Below are positions 1 to 9,605 of a stretch of 64,000 nucleotides of DNA, piece by piece. The notes beneath the pieces are model-generated. The model was not told the origin of the DNA. It searched no databases and worked only from the letters and a program-made list of their open reading frames with translations. The DNA comes from Patescibacteria group bacterium. GTDB taxonomy: Bacteria > Patescibacteriota > Minisyncoccia > Phycocordibacterales > SBAW01. Within the stretch, counting starts at the first letter, position 1; every line of letters starts with the position of its first letter. The stretch is taken from assembly GCA_028866155.1 (NCBI GenBank), contig JAGWIT010000001.1, positions 165-64,164 on the forward strand, in the 5' to 3' direction. A program made the translations under genes and the position numbers.

Positions 1-130
1 ATCCCGCTTCCGTACGGATGAGCGTGATGCCAGGGGATATCGACCGCTCCCAGGTGAGCCGCACTTTTTAGGTACAGCTCACAGCAACACCCACTTCTGT
101 GGGCATTGCTATGAGCTCTACCGTTGTCTT

Positions 131-174
131 GTTTTTCAAAAAACAAAAAAGGCGAAACGCTTCAGCGTTTCGCT
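131..174 (-). terminator. Intrinsic terminator-like hairpin with T-tract on the minus strand
   Basis: Perfect inverted repeat GCGAAACGCT-TCA-AGCGTTTCGC at 152-174. The reverse complement of 131-151 reads CTTTTTTGTTTTTTG directly 3' of the stem on the minus strand. Confidence 0.4.
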
Positions 175-447
175 TAATTCAGACCAGTTCGAGTTGTACA
201 GAGATAACAACAGCAGACATATAGTCGCCGCTGGTTCCCTGTACTTCATCCCGCCGAGCGGGACGTGTACACAACCATTATCGAGGATGCAGTGCCAGTG
301 TCAACGACTTTGTTGCACAACAGCGCACTGTGATATACTTCGAAGAACACTGTCAACTGCATGTACGGATCCGAGATGGGCCCAAAACCCTGGGAACCAG
401 CGGAAGCTGGAGTTGTTTGGGCCCTTCTCGAACCCCTACGGCAGTTG

Positions 448-1230
448 CTAGGGCAACGCCGGTGCCGGTGCAGCCAACGTCTCGCACATAATGCTGTTTA
501 TCCGGTGCAAGGTCGTTTTGTACACATAACCGGTCGCGCTGTGGTCGCTCGGCAAACCGTAGGAGACCCACGGCGAGAGCACCTCCTGCCACTCTTTGGT
601 TTGAAATTGCTTCACCGCCGCCAATGTCATCGGGCCAAAGTAGCCGGTGACGGGCAGATTGGCGCTGATATTTTGATTGAGAAACGCCTGCAGTTTTTTA
701 ACTTGGTTGGGATTGTTCTTGCGGCCCATACGCAAATAATCGGTGAGATATGCGCCACAGGTCGAGCTTGCGTCGAGGGTGTCCGCAGTCGAGGTGCCGA
801 GCACGAGGCCGTTTACAAAGCCGGGCGACAAAGGTCCGGAGATGGTGCCGCCTCCCCCACCGCCGCCGGTTGAGTTGTTTGTGTTCGCGGTTGTACCGCC
901 GGTATCGCCTGAACCGCTCTCTCCCCCGCCGCCAGCGGGTGGCGGAGTATCACCCGTGCCGCCGCTTGGTGGTGGGGTAGAGCCGCCGCTGTTACCGTCC
1001 CCGCCAGCAGGTGGAGGAGATGGCGGTGGCGGCGGTGGAGGAGTCTGCCCGCATCCATCGCTTGATAAAGCCGGGAGCGGCGCGCCGATGCGGTTGCTGT
1101 CGCTAAAAACACGGCAAACAATGCGCGTGCCGAGATCCTGCGTGCTTGCTTGTGCAAACGGCGCTGCAACGAATAGAGAAGCGCTCAACGCGAGCAAAAC
1201 AATGCCGTTGTAAAAAAAAGTAGTGCGCAT
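448..1230 (-). CDS. Secreted protein: signal peptide, Pro/Gly/Ser-rich linker, C-terminal peptidoglycan-binding (PG_binding_1-like) domain
   Basis: N-terminal hydrophobic signal (MRTTFFYNGIVLLALSASLFVAAPFAQA), a PPPPPPPSPPP/GGGG low-complexity stretch, and a C-terminal motif LQAFLNQ...GYFGPMTLAAVKQFQ typical of PG-binding domains. SD AAGGGG lies upstream. Confidence 0.6.
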   Translation of the reverse strand: MRTTFFYNGIVLLALSASLFVAAPFAQASTQDLGTRIVCRVFSDSNRIGAPLPALSSDGCGQTPPPPPPPSPPPAGGDGNSGGSTPPPSGGTGDTPPPAGGGGESGSGDTGGTTANTNNSTGGGGGGGTISGPLSPGFVNGLVLGTSTADTLDASSTCGAYLTDYLRMGRKNNPNQVKKLQAFLNQNISANLPVTGYFGPMTLAAVKQFQTKEWQEVLSPWVSYGLPSDHSATGYVYKTTLHRINSIMCETLAAPAPALP

Positions 1231-1265
1231 AGTATTTCCCCTTACATGCTAATTTTTGCCACTAC

Positions 1266-1293
1266 AACATAGTTCGCGCACCTGCCCTGTCAA
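1266..1293 (-). promoter_or_regulatory. Sigma70-like promoter (TTGACA-16-TATGTT) for the 448-1230 gene
   Basis: Minus strand: TTGACA is the reverse complement of 1288-1293, TATGTT is the reverse complement of 1266-1271. The SD AAGGGG follows before the ATG at 1230. Confidence 0.35.
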
Positions 1294-1357
1294 TCAAAAC
1301 GTGAGGAGGAAAATTTTTATTGACGGGTGTCAAAGAATATATCCATGACGGATTTTT

Positions 1358-1573
1358 TTATTTTTCAACCCTAACGAGATTCCACAAAAAGAACGACAGT
1401 GCGGAGGTTATAAAACAGATGACGCCGAACGTGTCTTCGCGCGGGTAGGGCAAAAAATGCGTCAGCGGCAGAGAGAGCGTCTGCATATGTACCTCAGCAT
1501 TTAGCACGATATAGAGCCAGCCCAAGAGCCCGAAGACGAACAGGGTTAAAAATAGCGCGCGCAAAAGTTTCAT
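1358..1573 (-). CDS. Small membrane protein (two predicted TM helices), hypothetical
   Basis: 71-aa hydrophobic ORF. Its start overlaps the stop of the upstream GH5 gene (ATGA overlap at 1570-1573), which suggests coupling. Confidence 0.4.
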   Translation of the reverse strand: MKLLRALFLTLFVFGLLGWLYIVLNAEVHMQTLSLPLTHFLPYPREDTFGVICFITSALSFFLWNLVRVEK

Positions 1574-2925
1574 AGTTTAATTGCCTTCCCCAAAGCCTGC
1601 ATGAGCGCATCAAAAGCCGGCTTCTTGCTCCCATCATACCGCAAAAGGCCGTAAAAATTTTCGGTAGTGCCGGGGTCGGTGCCCAAGTCGATGTAGGTGT
1701 ACCAAAACAGCGGCCCGGCAAAACTAAGTTCTCGCACCTGGGTTACTGCATCGGTAAGTATGAGCGCCTGCAGGGCCTCGGATACGTGGTCGGGATTATC
1801 TGCGAGGTTATAGTCACCCACATCGGCGCCCGCGCCCGGGCCGCCCGTTGGCGCGCCAAACTCGGTTATCCATATTTTTTTGGCGCTATCGCCGTGGGCA
1901 ACCATGACACTCCTGAGCGACGGGTTGGTGGCCGCCATCTCCTGCCAAGCGTTCCACTGCGCCGGATAGCTCGGCAACGCCGGGAACGAGTATGGATGAA
2001 AGCCGACGGCATCAAACGAGGGTCCGGCGCCGTCGGTATAGAGTGCCTGCAAAAAATCGACCGGCGCGATGTTGCCGTCCGACGTTTCTGCAGACGCGAG
2101 CCCGCCGGATATGACTTGTGCCGAAGGGTCGGCCTTTTTTATCGCGGCGCTCGCATCCTCAAGCAGTCGCGCGTAGGCGGCCGGGTCGGGCGCGGGCTGC
2201 CAAAACCGCACGATGTTGGGCTCGTTCCATATCTCCCAATCATGCACGCCCTGCGGGGCAAAGTGTACCGCCGCGGCGCCCGCAAACGCCGCGAACTGCA
2301 TGGGGTCGCTCGGCTGGCAGCGACTTGAGCCGCATTCGGGGTCGTGCGCCCACCAAGGCGAAAAGTCGAGGATTGGCAACACCTGTAAGCCTCTTGTATG
2401 TGCCGCCACCACTATCCGGTCGATGACGCGCCAATTGTATGCGCCACCTTGCTCGCGCTGAATGTAACTCCAATCGGCATCAAAACGCAGCCACGTGATG
2501 CCGAGCGCGACAATGGCATCGAGTCGCGCGCCAAGCTGGGCCTCGCTGAGCCCCGAGAAATCATCCCCCACCGATATGCCAAATCCGCTGGTGTTTGCTG
2601 TCATGGCAGGAGGCGGCGCTGTTGGGTTTGTGGCGGTACTTTTGCTTTGAGGCTGTGCGATTGGTGCCGGCGCGGCAAAAGTCGAGCTTGCCGGTCCAGG
2701 CCCCGGGATCGCCGGCACAGAAGGCTCCGGGGCAGTGTCATGCGACGCTATAGGTCTAAACTGAGCCCCGATGCGCTCAGTCGAAAGCCCGAGCAGTATC
2801 GCAAGGCCCGCGATGCCGAGCATAAGAAGAACCCGCTGCGAGAGCGGCTTCAAGGGCTTTTGGGGTTCGTGCTGGGTATCGTGCTTGAAATCTCGCATTT
2901 CGCCGTGCAGTGCAGTATAGTGCAT
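1570..2925 (-). CDS. Membrane-anchored glycoside hydrolase family 5 (cellulase-like)
   Basis: N-terminal TM anchor. GH5 catalytic motifs EIWNEPN (acid/base NEP) and ITEFG (nucleophile) are present. It has a Pro/Ala-rich linker. Confidence 0.7.
   Translation of the reverse strand: MHYTALHGEMRDFKHDTQHEPQKPLKPLSQRVLLMLGIAGLAILLGLSTERIGAQFRPIASHDTAPEPSVPAIPGPGPASSTFAAPAPIAQPQSKSTATNPTAPPPAMTANTSGFGISVGDDFSGLSEAQLGARLDAIVALGITWLRFDADWSYIQREQGGAYNWRVIDRIVVAAHTRGLQVLPILDFSPWWAHDPECGSSRCQPSDPMQFAAFAGAAAVHFAPQGVHDWEIWNEPNIVRFWQPAPDPAAYARLLEDASAAIKKADPSAQVISGGLASAETSDGNIAPVDFLQALYTDGAGPSFDAVGFHPYSFPALPSYPAQWNAWQEMAATNPSLRSVMVAHGDSAKKIWITEFGAPTGGPGAGADVGDYNLADNPDHVSEALQALILTDAVTQVRELSFAGPLFWYTYIDLGTDPGTTENFYGLLRYDGSKKPAFDALMQALGKAIKL
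2916..2921 (+). promoter_or_regulatory. -10 hexamer TATAGT 7 nt upstream of ATG 2929 (leaderless-type)
   Basis: TATAGT at 2916-2921. No SD lies between the hexamer and the ATG. Confidence 0.3.
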
Positions 2926-2928
2926 CCG

Positions 2929-5073
2929 ATGTTATTGCGAAACATGCCCCTATATATAAAATACTGTATCGCTTATTTCCGTAAAGACAGCCTTTTGCGA
3001 AACTCGGTCTACCTCATGCTCGCGACCGGCGTACTGGCGGGGTTCGGGTTCTTTTTTTGGCTTATTGTGGCAAAAACATTTTCTACCGCAGATATTGGTG
3101 TTGCTACCGCGCTCGTCTCTGCAATGAATTTAATTGCCTACCTATCGCTCATGGGTTTCAATGTCGCATTCGTGCGCTTCACCCCGAGCGCTCAGGACAA
3201 AAACGGCAACCTCAATACGGGCCTGTTAGTTGCCACAGCCGCGGCGATCGTATTTTCAATCGCATTCATACTCATAGCGCCGCACATCTCCATGCATTTA
3301 AGTCTGATAGGATATCCGCTTTTTGCCGCGGGCTTCGTGCTTTTTTGTATCGCAACCACGCTCAATTTGCTCACCGATTCTGTGTTTATAGCCAATCGCG
3401 AAGCAAGATATATTTTGTTTATCAACACAGCCTATAGCGCAGCGAAAATTGGACTGCCGCTCCTGTTCTTAAGCGCGGGAGCCTTTGGCATCGTCACCGC
3501 CGCGGCGCTCGCGCAGGCGCTGGGTCTGGGCTTAAGCATCCTCGCAATGATGCATTTGTTTGCATATCGCCCGCACCTTACCTTGAAGTCATCGGTTCTC
3601 GGGCAGGTATGGCGCTACTGCGCCAGCAACTACGTCGCGAGTATTTTTAGCCTTCTGCCTGCCACGGTGATGCCGCTCATGGTCATTGGGGCGCTCGGGC
3701 CTGAACCAGCAGCATACTTTTATATAGCAATGATGATCGGTAATCTCCTATATGTTATCCCGTGGTCGATCACGCGTGCGCTGTTTGCCGAAGGCTCTCA
3801 CGACGAAGTCACTCTATTACAAAACGCCAAAAAGGCGATGTTCATTATTGGAGCGCTCCTCACACCTGCGATATTGTTCTTAGCGCTCTTCGGCAGCTTT
3901 ATTTTGAGCATTTTTGGCCGCGGCTATGCGCAAGGCAACAGTTTGTTGCTGCTCCTTGCGCTTGCAGGCTTCGCGGTTGCGGTGATGGCCATAGCAAACG
4001 CCATATTTTTGGTAACTAAACAATCCCGAGAGGTTGTGGTACTCAATGTTACCTTTGCGATCGCCACTATCGCGTTGGTGTATGCGCTGCTCCCGCTCGG
4101 GCTTTACGGCGTGGGAGTTGGTTGGCTCGTGGGCAATGCGATCGCCGCGCTGGCGGGATACCTACTCTTTCGTCGAGAGTCGATCATGACTAGCTGGTGG
4201 AAAAATTTTAACATCCCTATAACGATTATAGTGGCTAAGTGGCGCTATCTGCGCGCGAGCTTCGCGCGCGGCGATAAACGTACGATTTTGTTCTATCCTC
4301 ACAAGCCGCAGCATTTTCATATCCTCTACGCGATAGTGCATGAGCTAGGCTATGCGGTTACTACCAACCCTTCGAAGTGCCATGAACTTGCTATTGCTTT
4401 TGAAGATCAAACGATCCGTTCGAACGAGCACCATGCAGTGCTCCAAGAACTCGCGCGCACGCAGCCGGTAGCGAACCTCAACTGCGCCGACATATCCAAA
4501 GAAAACATCGAAAAAATATTTAGAGAAACTTACGGCTACAACACCTTTGTGAACCCCGAACAGTATAGCGGCCGGTGTGTGCGCAAATCAAATAACAATT
4601 CCACCCACGACGGAGTGTTCATCGCCTGCCCTGCTGCGAAAGAGCCCGGCTATGTGTATCAAAAATTCATCGAGTGCGAACACGAGGGCCGTATTGCAGA
4701 TCTGCGCGGCATTATCATGGGCGGGAAGCTCAGGCATATCACACTTAAATACAAAGCTCCCGAAGCGCGGTTTGACATCACGAGCGACATATCGATGCGG
4801 CGCCCCGACACGTTGCTGAGTGCGCAAGAAATTGAAGGCGTTGAATCGTTTTGCAAGAGCTTGGGTCTTGATTGCGGCGAGATGGATATACTGCGCGACA
4901 AAACGGATGGCAAAATTTATATAATTGATGTCAGCAACACCTCCGGCGGCCCGGTACGCAACCTGCACCTGCCGGCTCAGGAATATGATGCGTACGTGCA
5001 AATGCTAAGCGAGAGTTTTGCCCGCGCCTACGGCCTAGCGATAGACGCGCGCCTCACCGTTGTCGTACAGTAG
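2929..5073 (+). CDS. Wzx-like polysaccharide flippase (polysaccharide biosynthesis protein family) fused to a C-terminal ATP-grasp-like cytoplasmic domain
   Basis: About 12-14 TM helices with the O-antigen/teichoic-acid exporter-like pattern. The C-terminal ~290 aa (from about 4200) carry an ATP-grasp-like signature DGKIYIIDVSNTSGG (compare NEVNTxPG). The first 177 codons of the listed 891-aa ORF (2398-2928) are an Arg-rich antisense artefact of the GH5 gene. The start may be 2929 or 2944. Confidence 0.55.
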   Translation: MLLRNMPLYIKYCIAYFRKDSLLRNSVYLMLATGVLAGFGFFFWLIVAKTFSTADIGVATALVSAMNLIAYLSLMGFNVAFVRFTPSAQDKNGNLNTGLLVATAAAIVFSIAFILIAPHISMHLSLIGYPLFAAGFVLFCIATTLNLLTDSVFIANREARYILFINTAYSAAKIGLPLLFLSAGAFGIVTAAALAQALGLGLSILAMMHLFAYRPHLTLKSSVLGQVWRYCASNYVASIFSLLPATVMPLMVIGALGPEPAAYFYIAMMIGNLLYVIPWSITRALFAEGSHDEVTLLQNAKKAMFIIGALLTPAILFLALFGSFILSIFGRGYAQGNSLLLLLALAGFAVAVMAIANAIFLVTKQSREVVVLNVTFAIATIALVYALLPLGLYGVGVGWLVGNAIAALAGYLLFRRESIMTSWWKNFNIPITIIVAKWRYLRASFARGDKRTILFYPHKPQHFHILYAIVHELGYAVTTNPSKCHELAIAFEDQTIRSNEHHAVLQELARTQPVANLNCADISKENIEKIFRETYGYNTFVNPEQYSGRCVRKSNNNSTHDGVFIACPAAKEPGYVYQKFIECEHEGRIADLRGIIMGGKLRHITLKYKAPEARFDITSDISMRRPDTLLSAQEIEGVESFCKSLGLDCGEMDILRDKTDGKIYIIDVSNTSGGPVRNLHLPAQEYDAYVQMLSESFARAYGLAIDARLTVVVQ

Positions 5074-7383
5074 ATCTTTGTTTGTATCGAGAAACCCAAT
5101 CGGATAAACATAGGAAATAGGCGTCTCGTTGTAGGAGAGGTTATCTACTCCCCTGCGCACTACCGGAGATCCGACCAGCACATAGGAGCTCTTGCGGATC
5201 AGCCATGGATATACGCCTACCGATACATCAAGGTTATACAGAGCCGTCGAGCTCTGGATCGTTAATTCGCTGCTTTGGAGCTCCGGATGCAAGCCGTCTG
5301 CGATGTCCTTTTGCAGCTGACCGGTAACCCAAGACGTCGCTCGTTCGTCGCTGTGGTCCACGTAGTAGCGGTCGTAATACGAGCCGGAGTTGTTGAGGTA
5401 GAGCGGCGCATCGTAGCCGCCGGTAAGCTGAGCAATCGTGCCTGTGGATAAGAGGAAAAATAAGATTGCGACGATAGTTGCAAAAAGGGTTGCTTTTTTC
5501 TGCTCGGTAAAAAGCACGGCGCTCCCGATCGCCACAAAGAGCGACAGAAACAGGAGCGACTGCTGAAATGCACGCAGTAGTCCGTATTCGACCGAAAGCA
5601 CGGGCAAAACGACAATACCCGCGACCATCACTATACTGCCGCATGCGGCGAGCCAAAACTCCGAATGAATATTCGAGAGGACGCGCCGACTGCCCCGCAG
5701 CGCCGCGCAAAAACCGACGACGACCAAGAGTTGAAGTGCCTTTGCTGAGGATTGCTTCAGAATATAGTTCATTGACGAAACATCAAAACCAAGCGCGCTG
5801 AGCCCTGACCCGAGCGCCGTGAGCGGCATGACTTCCTGCGGCGCAAGGACGATGGGATAACTCTTATAGGCGCTTTGGGCAAAGTAATCGCCGGGGTCGG
5901 CTGCGCGCTGCGGAGCAACGACTTTTTGCTGATACCCGGCAAGGAGCTGCTGTGAGTTGAGCGGATGCCACGAAAAGAGCGCGTAGAGCACGTCGCTGGA
6001 TTGCGCATCCTCCTTACTGTTGCTGGCCATGGTCGCAAGGGTTTCTTTAACGACGCGGACAATGCTGTTTTGAGAGGTGTCGGTCAAGACGCTGCTCCAC
6101 AAAAAGCTCGCTAACATGAGCGAGACTACCATCAGCCCCGTGATGCGCGGCACGGCCGGCACCGCTGAAAGATTAAAGTCGGCAAAGGAGGTGCGTGCGA
6201 ACGGGGAGTAACTGCGCCGCTCAAAAAACCCGCGTACTGCGGAGAGTGCTTTTTGCATCAGGTAGACGAACACGAGAATCGCAATAACGGTATAGGTCGT
6301 CGAGTAATGCGAAAGCACCATGCCGATGCCAAAGAACATAAAGAGTCCGCGACGCAGGCGCATAGAGAGAGACTCTTCGAAGAGCACCAGGAACATGCAG
6401 GCAAGAAAAATAAACGCGATTTCTTGTCGATTGAGATACGGCATATCCATAAAAAATGTCGGAAACGCGACAAAATATACTGCCGATAAAAGCGCGAACG
6501 CCGGTGAGAGATAGCGGCGCACGGTGAGGTAGAGTGCGGGCGGCACGAACGCAAAAAATATTTGGTAAAGAACCTTATAGAGGTATGGGTCGGCCATCGA
6601 AAAGAACCTGGAGAGCGTGGCCGGTAAAATAGTGATGCTCATGCAGGCGTTGTAGGCATCCTGCAGATAGCCGACCGCCCAAAAACCGTGTTCTTTCGCC
6701 AGTTGAAAGACAAGATACTCGCGCTGTATGTCGTGGCCGCTGACATACCACCCGCGCAGACTGGTCATGAACAGGAGCGAAAGCGAAATAAAAAAAAGGG
6801 CAGTCGGTATCACCCACTCCTCGAGGGTTGCGCTGGCGCGCGCCAGCATCCACAGGTATAGTGCAATGCCCAAAAAGCACGCCAAGGTTATGAAGCCGCT
6901 ACCGCCGTTGTTGAGCGCGATGGCACCGGCAACGCTGCATGCCACAAACAATGCCGGACTGAACGCAAAGAGGCACTCTCGCCATGGAAGCGCGGTAAAC
7001 TCTATGCATATGGCGGCATCACCGCTGCGGATCCACGCGGCAAAGGCCAGCGCCACGACGCCAGCCGATACCTCTCCCAGCAGAAACGAAGCTTGAAGAG
7101 GCGTTGCAATACCGAGCGTCGACAGCAGTGTGTTGCCGGCAAGCCCTATGAACATCAACTCGAGTAGCGAGCAGGCGACCATGCATGCCAGCGCGCTCCA
7201 TACCGGCAATCGCACCCGAAGCGCCATGAGGGTAAGAAACCCCGGCAGGATGATGAGAGATATAAATGCCGCTATGTTTTGGATTTGAAAAGCATTGAAA
7301 TGAGTGTTCACCAGCAGGATAAAAAACGTCCACCATATGTCAAACAGCAGCAAAAAATAATCCTTTTTAAGCGTAAGCGTCAT
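5035..7383 (-). CDS. Large polytopic membrane protein (at least 14 TM helices plus a C-terminal extracytoplasmic domain); putative GT-C-type glycosyltransferase or polymerase
   Basis: 782-aa ORF: an N-terminal cluster of TM helices, a soluble loop, further TM helices, and a C-terminal soluble domain. Its start overlaps the stop of the GT4-GT4 gene (7380-7383). It sits in glycan-cluster context. Confidence 0.35.
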   Translation of the reverse strand: MTLTLKKDYFLLLFDIWWTFFILLVNTHFNAFQIQNIAAFISLIILPGFLTLMALRVRLPVWSALACMVACSLLELMFIGLAGNTLLSTLGIATPLQASFLLGEVSAGVVALAFAAWIRSGDAAICIEFTALPWRECLFAFSPALFVACSVAGAIALNNGGSGFITLACFLGIALYLWMLARASATLEEWVIPTALFFISLSLLFMTSLRGWYVSGHDIQREYLVFQLAKEHGFWAVGYLQDAYNACMSITILPATLSRFFSMADPYLYKVLYQIFFAFVPPALYLTVRRYLSPAFALLSAVYFVAFPTFFMDMPYLNRQEIAFIFLACMFLVLFEESLSMRLRRGLFMFFGIGMVLSHYSTTYTVIAILVFVYLMQKALSAVRGFFERRSYSPFARTSFADFNLSAVPAVPRITGLMVVSLMLASFLWSSVLTDTSQNSIVRVVKETLATMASNSKEDAQSSDVLYALFSWHPLNSQQLLAGYQQKVVAPQRAADPGDYFAQSAYKSYPIVLAPQEVMPLTALGSGLSALGFDVSSMNYILKQSSAKALQLLVVVGFCAALRGSRRVLSNIHSEFWLAACGSIVMVAGIVVLPVLSVEYGLLRAFQQSLLFLSLFVAIGSAVLFTEQKKATLFATIVAILFFLLSTGTIAQLTGGYDAPLYLNNSGSYYDRYYVDHSDERATSWVTGQLQKDIADGLHPELQSSELTIQSSTALYNLDVSVGVYPWLIRKSSYVLVGSPVVRRGVDNLSYNETPISYVYPIGFLDTNKDLLYDNGEARVYR

Positions 7384-9605
7384 ATGATGGTTTCGTAGGT
7401 TTGAAGCGTTGTCTTAAGAATGGCGCCCCAATCGTAGTTGCGCACATCCTCAATATTGTGGGCGCTTATCTGGGGATAGAGGCCTTTTTCGGTGACAAGC
7501 CGCATGATCGCCTTGCACATCGCACCAACGGAGAGAGGCGCGAGGAGACCGTTGCGCCCGTCTTGAATGACGTTGCGCGTGCCAACCACATTTGACGCCA
7601 CGATAGGCAATCCTTTAGCCATTGCCTCAAGCAAAACAGTGCTAAAGCCTTCCATGAGCGAAGCCAAGACGCATACGTCCGATTCTTCGTATATGGTTTC
7701 CAGATCTTTTCCGAGTTTTACGCCGACCAATCGAACCTGCGACTCAAGATTTTTCTTTCGGACAAGAGTCTCAAGCGCCTCGCGGTCGCCGCCGCCCACG
7801 ATAGTGAGGGTGAACGCTAGATTGTGAGTATGCTTTAACGCTTCTGCAACATCTATGAGGAACGGATAATTTTTTTGTACGGATATCCTGCCGACGGCGA
7901 GCAGGCGCAATGGCGCATGGCATGTGGAACACGGCTTTTCAAGGACAGCAAACGACGTCGCGTTCGGAATAACGACGATTTTTTCTTCAGAAATTCCAAA
8001 TTGGCCCACGAGGATATTTTTATAATCCGGTGTAAGTACAATTATTTTTGCTGCGCCGCCAAATACCCACCTCAACACAAAATGCGTATACAAAGGCAGC
8101 AATAGCTTCCCTATTCGTCCCGAGGGGATGATTAACATCCGCACGTGGGCAATATAGGGTATCCCTCGAATGCGCGCGACAGCGGCTGTGATTTCCGCAA
8201 AAAAAGCATGGGCGACATGCAGATGGATGAGGCTGTTTTTATTTAATCGGAACAGCTGCCATACGAGCCCCAAAGCAAGGGGGGTATGAAGAAACTCCAA
8301 GGCACGCAGATAGAAGACCTTTACGCCGTCTTGCAGATATAGACCGGCAGGAGTGCCGACGTTCGACGTTAAAACACTTATATCCAGGCCTGCTCTGACT
8401 TGCAATATTGCTAACTCTCGGATGCGTTGTTCCATCCCGCCTAGATGGGGCGGGTAATAGGCGCTCACATGTACGATGGCCATATAATTTCTTGAGAGAA
8501 CTGCGTCATAGCATTGCGCACGCTCCTCCCAAGAAAAATCTTTTAGAACCCGGGTACGCGCCGATGTGCCAAACGCCGCCGCGAGCCCTTGGTCTCTCAA
8601 AAGGAGGAGCAGCTTTTGCGCCAGCGCACGCTCATCGCCGGGCTCAATCAAAAAACCGGTCTCTCCTTCTTCAACCAAGTCGGGGATGCTCCCCACCCGC
8701 GTTGACACCACGGGCAAACTACAGCTCATCGCTTCAAGAATGGTGAGCGGGAAGTTGTCGTTGCCGGTCGGCAGGGCGAACACGTGCGCCTGATTGTAGC
8801 GTTTAACGAGCGCGCTGCCCGAAAGCCTCCCGGCAAACTCGGCGCGCCCGCCCAGCCCGAGATCCTGTGCTTCCCTTTCGTATTGTTCTCGCATATCGCC
8901 GTCTCCGACGATTATCACGCGCACGGTTGGAAGCAGGTTTGAAACTTCTTTGCACGCGCGCAAAAGAGTGCTCAAGCCCTTATACCGCTCGCCGCGGCCG
9001 AGCCCGCCCACAAACAAAATGGTCGGGTCTTTAGCTTTTGACGCTCCGTCCGGCATAAAGACGCTCGCGACCGCGGGCGTGATGATAGTGCTTTTGTGCT
9101 GATAGCGGTGCAGAAAATCGCGCCATATATACGCAGAGGTGCAAATAATCCGGTCGGCCCGGCGCAAAAGCAGGCGCAGAGGCCCGTGTTCATAGAGCCA
9201 TGCGATGATATCAGCTGCGAGAGCGCCCTTGCGCATGCTGCCGGCGTGGTAGGTGATGATGATATTGCGCGAGCCGGCGGCCAAAGCGGCGATGTCGCCA
9301 ATGCCCGGCACCGGCATGTGGATGTTGATGACATCCGGGTTCTCTTTTTCGAGTAATTTTCGGATCGCGCCAAACCATGCAAGCGAGACGGGCGTGTTGG
9401 ATATTTTAATCTGATACTTCAGCCGGTATATGCGCAAGCCGTCCCGCTCTTCTACCTCATCTTTCTCACCCGAGGTGAGAACCACCGCTCGCCAGCCGTG
9501 CTGTTTTGCGAGCCTCGTCGCAATTTCGGAGGCATAGCGCTCAAGGCCGCCGCCCTGCGGCGGCCAGTAGGGCGCGACGACGAGTATGGTGCGCCGGTCT
9601 TTCAT
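7380..9605 (-). CDS. Tandem glycosyltransferase family 4 (GT4-GT4) fusion protein
   Basis: Two complete GT-B/GT4 modules in one 741-aa ORF, each with the EX7E-type C-terminal motif (first module: ILEAMSCSLPVVST...GETGFLIE; second module: LLEAMAKGLPIVAS...GRNGLL). Confidence 0.7.
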   Translation of the reverse strand: MKDRRTILVVAPYWPPQGGGLERYASEIATRLAKQHGWRAVVLTSGEKDEVEERDGLRIYRLKYQIKISNTPVSLAWFGAIRKLLEKENPDVINIHMPVPGIGDIAALAAGSRNIIITYHAGSMRKGALAADIIAWLYEHGPLRLLLRRADRIICTSAYIWRDFLHRYQHKSTIITPAVASVFMPDGASKAKDPTILFVGGLGRGERYKGLSTLLRACKEVSNLLPTVRVIIVGDGDMREQYEREAQDLGLGGRAEFAGRLSGSALVKRYNQAHVFALPTGNDNFPLTILEAMSCSLPVVSTRVGSIPDLVEEGETGFLIEPGDERALAQKLLLLLRDQGLAAAFGTSARTRVLKDFSWEERAQCYDAVLSRNYMAIVHVSAYYPPHLGGMEQRIRELAILQVRAGLDISVLTSNVGTPAGLYLQDGVKVFYLRALEFLHTPLALGLVWQLFRLNKNSLIHLHVAHAFFAEITAAVARIRGIPYIAHVRMLIIPSGRIGKLLLPLYTHFVLRWVFGGAAKIIVLTPDYKNILVGQFGISEEKIVVIPNATSFAVLEKPCSTCHAPLRLLAVGRISVQKNYPFLIDVAEALKHTHNLAFTLTIVGGGDREALETLVRKKNLESQVRLVGVKLGKDLETIYEESDVCVLASLMEGFSTVLLEAMAKGLPIVASNVVGTRNVIQDGRNGLLAPLSVGAMCKAIMRLVTEKGLYPQISAHNIEDVRNYDWGAILKTTLQTYETII

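Noticed and set aside
850-1060. CCGCCG/GGTGG simple-sequence tract
   Set aside because: It encodes the Pro/Gly-rich linker of the secreted PG-binding protein. It is not an independent repeat element.
2398-2928. N-terminal 177 codons of the listed 891-aa plus-strand ORF
   Set aside because: Arg-rich, antisense to the well-supported GH5 gene, with no membrane or domain features. The true start is near 2929 or 2944.
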